Shown: positions 56,954 to 64,000 of the stretch, piece by piece
Position numbering within the stretch: the first letter of the stretch is position 1
Layout: every line of letters begins with the position of its first letter
DNA from: Phycisphaerales bacterium
GTDB taxonomy: Bacteria > Planctomycetota > Phycisphaerae > Phycisphaerales > UBA1924
DNA: 64,000 bases
Assembly (NCBI GenBank): GCA_965227775.1
Contig: OZ245777.1
Span: forward strand, 64,001 to 128,000
Direction: 5' to 3'
Program-made: the position numbers and the translations under genes
The notes under the pieces: generated by a model
What the model saw: only the letters and a program-made list of their open reading frames with translations
Database searches by the model: none
Told to the model about the DNA's origin: nothing

Positions 56954-57101
56954 CTGGTTCCGTCCCTTTGATCACGTGGTGCGACGGGCCGAACGGCCCA
57001 TGTGAACGTCAGCGACCAAAGGTAAGAATCGAGTTGGAACCTGGTGTTTCGGCCGCGCAAGCGATGCGCGAAGATGGTGTGTGGAGTGTTCGACCGGGTG
57101 G

Positions 57102-58184
57102 TCAGGGTCCGCCAAAGAGCCAGCCGATCAGCGTGGCGACACCAACGACAAAGATGGCGGCCGCAACGATGAAGATCAGGAAGCATCCTGTTCCATACAA
57201 CGCGTTCTTCCACCACGGATCGGGTGTGAACTCGTTGCGCTCGACGCGGGCGAGGATCGCGCTGGCGAAGGTAGCCGCCGCGTCCGGGGCCATGTCGAGG
57301 AACAGCTCGGGCTCGATGAGTTCGAGCTCGCCCAGCAGGGGCTGGCCGTCGTCGCCCGGAACGAGATCGACGCGGGCGTAGAGCGGTTTCTCGCCGTAGC
57401 GCTCCTCCCAGGCGGTGAGGGCGCGTTTGGCTACGTCTTGCTGCGCTGCGGTTGGCTCGACGAGCGTGTAGGCGCCGCCGAAGTCGACCTGGGAGCGGAA
57501 GTCGCCCGCGGCGGGCACCTTGGTTACGGCGTGCGAAAGGGCGTTGTTGAAGTAGACGAGGGAGGTTTCGCCTTCGCTTACCACGCGGGGCAGGAAGGGC
57601 TGGACAAGGGCGCCGCCGGCCTTAGTAAGGTCTCGGAGGTAGTCGAGGGCCGCAGCGTCTGGCTGCTCGAACTTCTCGAGGCCAGCGGCAGCGGCGGCGA
57701 CGGTTGGCTTGATGATGAGGGGCGACCAGTCGTTGGCTTTCGCTTGGTCTATGGCGGCGGCTGCCGTTTCCCCACCACTATCTTTCTCGACGATGATCGT
57801 TGGGACGATGGGGACGCCTGCGGACTCGAGCTTGGTGAGGTAGGCCTTGTTGAGGTTGTTCAGGACGGTCTTGCGCGAGTTCAGCAGGCCGTCACTCATC
57901 TTATCGATGAACACGACGAAGTCGTCGAGCCGATCCCAGTAGTCCCATGTTGTGCGAAGCACGTACAGGCTCGCACCGACCGATTGCACCACCGCTTTGT
58001 CGTTCCCTTCCTTGATTGGTACGAGCACGTCGTCCCACGCGACGAGCGATACCACCGCGCCTTGGCGCACCAGTTCCTGCATGAGCCTCCCTTCGGAGGC
58101 GCTGTCGATGTGGTCGTGGTGTTGGCAGGTCAGCAGCGCGATGGTCCCTGGATGGCGCGGCCGGTCGTTGATCGTGTCGCTCAT
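57102..58184 (-). CDS. ATP-grasp ligase (RimK/GshB-like) with C-terminal TM helix
   Basis: RTTWDY, NKAYL, IKPTV, LVQPF, GDFRSQ, YARVDL, ELELIEP. Confidence 0.8.
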   Translation of the reverse strand: MSDTINDRPRHPGTIALLTCQHHDHIDSASEGRLMQELVRQGAVVSLVAWDDVLVPIKEGNDKAVVQSVGASLYVLRTTWDYWDRLDDFVVFIDKMSDGLLNSRKTVLNNLNKAYLTKLESAGVPIVPTIIVEKDSGGETAAAAIDQAKANDWSPLIIKPTVAAAAAGLEKFEQPDAAALDYLRDLTKAGGALVQPFLPRVVSEGETSLVYFNNALSHAVTKVPAAGDFRSQVDFGGAYTLVEPTAAQQDVAKRALTAWEERYGEKPLYARVDLVPGDDGQPLLGELELIEPELFLDMAPDAAATFASAILARVERNEFTPDPWWKNALYGTGCFLIFIVAAAIFVVGVATLIGWLFGGP

Positions 58185-58639
58185 TGTTCGACGTGGGTGA
58201 AGCGGAGGAGGGAGCTGTTGCCGATTCGCAGTTCGAGCCAATCTGGTCCAGTAGCGATCGTGTCGGCCATTTTCATGAGCCCGACGAACTGCTGCTCGAG
58301 TTGCATCGCTTCGGGCGTGCCACCCATCCGGGTCATCGCGACACTGCCGAGCGACCACTCGCCGCTGCTGAGCGCGCCGGCATCCGTGCTGCCGCTGTAG
58401 CGGTTGACTCCCGCTTGGCCCGAAAGCCCGCCTTGCTCGGTGATCGTGAGCGTGGGCGTGCGTGCGCCGGTGGGCAGGTCGTAGCGCTCGTCTTCGATCT
58501 TGGTGAGGCTCCACGTGCCGACGGGGGAGGTGGTGGCGCCGGGGACAGATTCGGACTCGATGGTGCTAGCGCAGCCGAGTAGGGCGAGTACGGCTGCTGC
58601 GAGAGCAATCGTGAGCAGGAGCGTCCTGAAGCGTGGCAA
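58181..58639 (-). CDS. META-domain (HslJ-like) lipoprotein
   Basis: LLGC lipobox; W.L..I, SGQAGVNRYSG, MTRMG, LEQQF. Confidence 0.85.
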   Translation of the reverse strand: MPRFRTLLLTIALAAAVLALLGCASTIESESVPGATTSPVGTWSLTKIEDERYDLPTGARTPTLTITEQGGLSGQAGVNRYSGSTDAGALSSGEWSLGSVAMTRMGGTPEAMQLEQQFVGLMKMADTIATGPDWLELRIGNSSLLRFTHVEQ

Positions 58640-58663
58640 GCTTGTGTTCCTTTCGCAGCGTGG

Positions 58664-60327
58664 TCATGCGTCGGGGTATTCGCGCCGCCAGTTGGCAGCG
58701 AATTCGTCGTCCGGGTCAAATTCGAGGATCTGGTCGATGAGCGCGCGTGCGTCCTCGAGGCGTCCCTCGCTGGTGTGGCACCAGGCAAGGATTGCGAGGT
58801 GCTCCTGGTCGGGGCGCTCGCCTTCGGGCAAGAGATCGATGGAGGCCTCGGCTGCGGGCCGCGCGGCGGCGGGGTTGCCCAGCGTGGCCTGGACGCGCGC
58901 AATCGCCAGCGGCACGCGGTAATCGGTGGGCATGCGCCGCTGGGCCAGGCGCCACTGGGCCAACGCGTCCTTCGGGCGCTCGCGGGCCTCCAGCACCTGG
59001 GCAAGTATCGCATAACGCCAGCCCTCGTCGGGGTTCTGGGCGATGTTGCGGTTGGCAGCGGCTTGGGCGGCCTTCATGTTACCCGCGTCGGAGAGCGTCT
59101 CGACGAGCATCCCCCACCGCTGGCCGGTGGCGTCCTGTGCGGCAATGTCGAACAGCTCTGCCTCGCGCCGCTGGTCGATGAGCAGGGCCATGAGCGTATC
59201 GAAGGCGGGCGTCATGCCAGGCTCGCGGCGGAGGGCTTCCCGGGCGCACGCCTCGGCGCGAGCGTTGTCTTCTTCGCTCAGCGCGAGCTTGCCGAGCATG
59301 TGGATGGCCCAATGCAAGCCCGGGTTGGTCTTCAATGCGGCATCGAGATTTGCGCGGGCCTCGGCAGGGTTGCCCAAGTACAGGTTGGCGATGCCGATGG
59401 ACATGCGGGCGGCGGGATCGCCCGGCTCGAGCTCGTGGTACTGCTGGAATAGCTTGAGGGCACCCTGCTCATCGTCCATGGCGGAGCGGACGCGCGCGAG
59501 GTCATACATCGCGCAGCTGTGCTCGGGTTCGAGCTCGAGGTGCTTGCGATAGGCCGCGTCGGCGCGCTCGAGCTGGCCGGCGCTCCAACAGGCCGAGGCG
59601 AGGTTGAAGTATGGGAGCGGATGGGTTGGGTCGAACTCGATGGCACGCTCGAAGCAGTCGATGGCCTCTTCGTATCGCCCGGCCATCGCCAGGCGCGTGC
59701 CCAGGTTGTCGATGTGGGCGATCTCGTCGGGATCGAGCTCGACCGCCAAGCGGGCCCAGTGCAGCGCCTGCTCGTGCTCGGCATCGTCGCCCTCGAAGTC
59801 GTAGAGCGTGGCAAGCAGCGCGGGAATGTCGGGGTTCGTCGGATCGCTGGCGGCAGCCTCTTCGAGCAACTCGAACGCCGCATCGCGCTCATCGCACGCC
59901 ATCAGCCCGGCGGCGAGGTTTCGCATGAACACCGCATCCGTGCGATCGAACTCGAGGGCGGCGCGGAGGTGTTCGAGACCGGCCTCACGCTGGCCGCGCT
60001 GGATCAGGGCGAAGCCCAGGTTTGATCGCGGCGCGGGGTGGTCGGGAGAGGTCTCGATCGAGGCCCGATACTGCTCGATGGCGCCGTCGATGTCGCCGCG
60101 CTCCATAAGCACGACGCCGCGGTTGTAGGCGTTTTCACCGGGCCACGGGTCTTCGCCGTCTGATGTATCGAAGCCGCCTTGCTCGATGGCGGCCATGCCA
60201 ATCTCGATGGGATTCACCGGATGGGTGCAGTGGCGTCGGCGGTAGTGCTGGGGAGGGTCGTCGGGCGACCATGCCGGCAGGTCGAGTTCGACGTGCTGGA
60301 TCTTGGTTTGTCGGCGCCAGCGGCCGA

Positions 60328-60331
<4 letters not shown>
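58664..60331 (-). CDS. Tetratricopeptide repeat protein
   Basis: Multiple TPRs (AYNRG, NLGFAL, NLGTRL, FNLA); ATGA overlap with the upstream stop. Confidence 0.85.
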
Positions 60332-62049
<1,718 letters not shown>

Positions 62050-62148
62050 GGCGGGGCTCCGGCGGTTGGGGATGGGTTCGCCGGTAGCGTATGGGGAAGG
62101 CGATGAGATAACCAGATCGCTGTTGCGGGCCGGCAAGAGGTCTTTCGA

Positions 62149-62958
62149 CTACTGGCGCGGCAGTGGCATGAGCATGGTCTTGAGCACGCCGCCGAGCCAG
62201 AGGCGGCGTTGGTCGGGGAGCAGCGAGGCGAACTTGATCGTCTTCTTGCCGGTCTCGATCGCGATGGCTCGCTTCTTCTTGCCGTTCTCTTCGATGTCGG
62301 CATCGGTGAGTAGCACGGCTTCCACGGCGTCGGCATCGAAGCGGCGCTTCCAGCCGAGCGGGCCGACGCCGGTGAATACCACACCGTCGGGACCTCGCAA
62401 TCGGACCTCGACACGGCCGACAATCGTGATCATCAGGGCGCCGATGACCGTCACGCCGACCAGCACGAAGGGGGTCAGGAACAGAGCCATGAACACGGTC
62501 ATGCCGAGTGGCATGTTCTGGCTTGTGCCGCTACCGCTTCCGAAGGGCGTTGGGAACCACGAGGGAAGCGTGATGCCGGCGTGATGGAGGAACGAGGCGA
62601 TCATGATGACGAGGAAGATCGACACGATGCCGTTCCAGAACACCGCGAAGAACAAGAGTCCGCCCGCTCCGGCCAGAGATCGCGCCGAGGCGCGCAGCAC
62701 GACGCGGTCGCCAAAGTCTCTGATGGCACAACCGCGGGGCGGATCACCCTGGGCGAGCGCGGCAGCCTTGCGCGCTTCGGCCTGGTCCTTGCTCGAGCCC
62801 GATGCTCGCTCGTTTGCCGGGGCGGCGAGGTCGGCCAGACGGCTGAGCCGTCCGCAACGGCGGCACAGGGCGACGCCCTCGGCCATGTTCACGTCTTCGA
62901 TCGCGATCTGGGCCCCGCACGGGCAGGTGATCTGATGGCTTGGATCGCGGCGTGGCAT
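62149..62958 (-). CDS. Hypothetical membrane protein with N-terminal Cys cluster
   Basis: CPCG...CRRC, FFAVFWNG TM, FLTPFVLVG TM. Confidence 0.75.
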   Translation of the reverse strand: MPRRDPSHQITCPCGAQIAIEDVNMAEGVALCRRCGRLSRLADLAAPANERASGSSKDQAEARKAAALAQGDPPRGCAIRDFGDRVVLRASARSLAGAGGLLFFAVFWNGIVSIFLVIMIASFLHHAGITLPSWFPTPFGSGSGTSQNMPLGMTVFMALFLTPFVLVGVTVIGALMITIVGRVEVRLRGPDGVVFTGVGPLGWKRRFDADAVEAVLLTDADIEENGKKKRAIAIETGKKTIKFASLLPDQRRLWLGGVLKTMLMPLPRQ

Positions 62959-63062
62959 CTCGCAGAAAATCGGCGTTCGGGGGTGCCGGACTTCCACTAT
63001 ACTGGCATCCCAGTGGGTTCACAGACACCGAACCCGCTGCTGCCCAGACCCGGAGGCCCGCG

Positions 63063-63650
63063 ATGGCGACGCCCGAAGAGATGGCCAAGACCATGGCCGA
63101 GAACCTCAAGAAGAACACCGGCAAGAGCCTCGCGCAATGGGCGAAGGTGGCCAAGGGCTCGGGCCTGACCAAACACGGCGAGGTCGTCAAGTTCTTAAAG
63201 GCGGAGCACGGCCTGATGCACGGCTATGCGAATCTCGTGGCTCACGAGGCGAAGGGCAGCGTTGGCATCGCCAGTGGCAAGAAGACGAGCGCAAGCGAGG
63301 GCGAAGACTTAGTCGCGGCGCAATACGCCGGGGCGAAGGCGGATCTGCGGCCGATCCACGACGCGCTGATCAAGAAGGTGAAAGCGTTCGGCAAGGACGT
63401 CGAGATCTCGCCCAAGAAGAGCTATGTGAGCCTGCGGCGCAGCAAACAGTTTGCGCTCATTCAGCCCAGCACGAAGACGCGGGTTGACCTGGGCATCCAG
63501 CTCAAAGCGGCGCCGAAGAAAGCGACCGAACGCCTGGAGCCGTCGGGTAGCTTCAACTCGATGGTCAGCCATCGCGTGCGGCTGGAGGGCGTGAAGGACG
63601 TCGACGCCGAGGTCGTTGCGTACCTGCGCGAGGCGTACGACAAGGCCTGA
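63063..63650 (+). CDS. DUF4287 + DUF5655 domain protein
   Basis: TGKSLAQW, KHGEVVKFLKAEHGLMHGYAN, PKKSYVSLRRSKQFA, SHRVRL, LREAY. Confidence 0.8.
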   Translation: MATPEEMAKTMAENLKKNTGKSLAQWAKVAKGSGLTKHGEVVKFLKAEHGLMHGYANLVAHEAKGSVGIASGKKTSASEGEDLVAAQYAGAKADLRPIHDALIKKVKAFGKDVEISPKKSYVSLRRSKQFALIQPSTKTRVDLGIQLKAAPKKATERLEPSGSFNSMVSHRVRLEGVKDVDAEVVAYLREAYDKA

Positions 63651-63681
63651 AGGGCTTTAGCAGGTTCGAAGGGGGTTTCCG

Positions 63682-64000
63682 ATGCGCATGAATCTGTCAA
63701 CGACCATCGACGCACCGCAGGAGGCAGTGTTCGCCGCGGTGAGCGACTTCTCGAACGCCGCAGAGATGATCTCTGGCATCGACTCGGTCGAGATGCTCGA
63801 GCAGGCAACCAACGGAACCCCCGTCGGTGTCGGCACGCGATTCAAGGAGACGCGGACGATGATGGGCAAGCAGGCAACCGAGGAGATGGAAGTCATCGAG
63901 TACGACCCGCCCCGGTCGTACACGCTGAGCGCCATCTCGTGCGGCGCGCGATTCGACAGCCGGGTGGCGTGTGACCAAGCATCGCCCGGCGGCTGCCGGC
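63682..64000 (+). CDS. SRPBCC/polyketide cyclase family protein (partial; not in ORF track)
   Basis: Manual translation MRMNLSTTIDAPQEAVFAAVSD...GVGTRFKETRTMMGK...EYDPPRSY. Confidence 0.8.
   Translation, partial: MRMNLSTTIDAPQEAVFAAVSDFSNAAEMISGIDSVEMLEQATNGTPVGVGTRFKETRTMMGKQATEEMEVIEYDPPRSYTLSAISCGARFDSRVACDQASPGGCR

Overview
A high-GC bacterial chromosomal segment, most likely from a Phycisphaerales/Planctomycetota organism. This assignment is inferred from GC-type dockerin tails, a LEPRxLL-type S8 protease, a prepilin/H-X9-DG protein and C-terminal CxxC zinc-ribbon membrane proteins. Most genes are housekeeping or envelope genes (trmL, uppP, rnr, mscS, phoX, ldhA, waaA, feoAB, rarA, lipB, lpxA, acyl-CoA carboxylase beta). 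An accessory stretch at about 40-57 kb holds five secreted proteins ending in the same GC-dockerin tail and two orphan tail fragments. It also holds a module made of a degenerate 21-bp periodic array, a Schlafen/AlbA_2-domain gene and a divergent cytoplasmic helical+FnIII-like gene. Strand composition flips from C-rich to G-rich at about 33-34 kb, with a weak dif-like 28-mer nearby. Other points of interest are a candidate anti-SD small RNA, an apparently dead (p)ppGpp-hydrolase-like fusion upstream of rnr, and an unannotated small feoB-linked membrane protein with a Fur-like box. I recognised no tRNA, rRNA, CRISPR array, integrase or transposase. All family calls come from motif recognition by eye, and many starts were adjusted from the ORF track.
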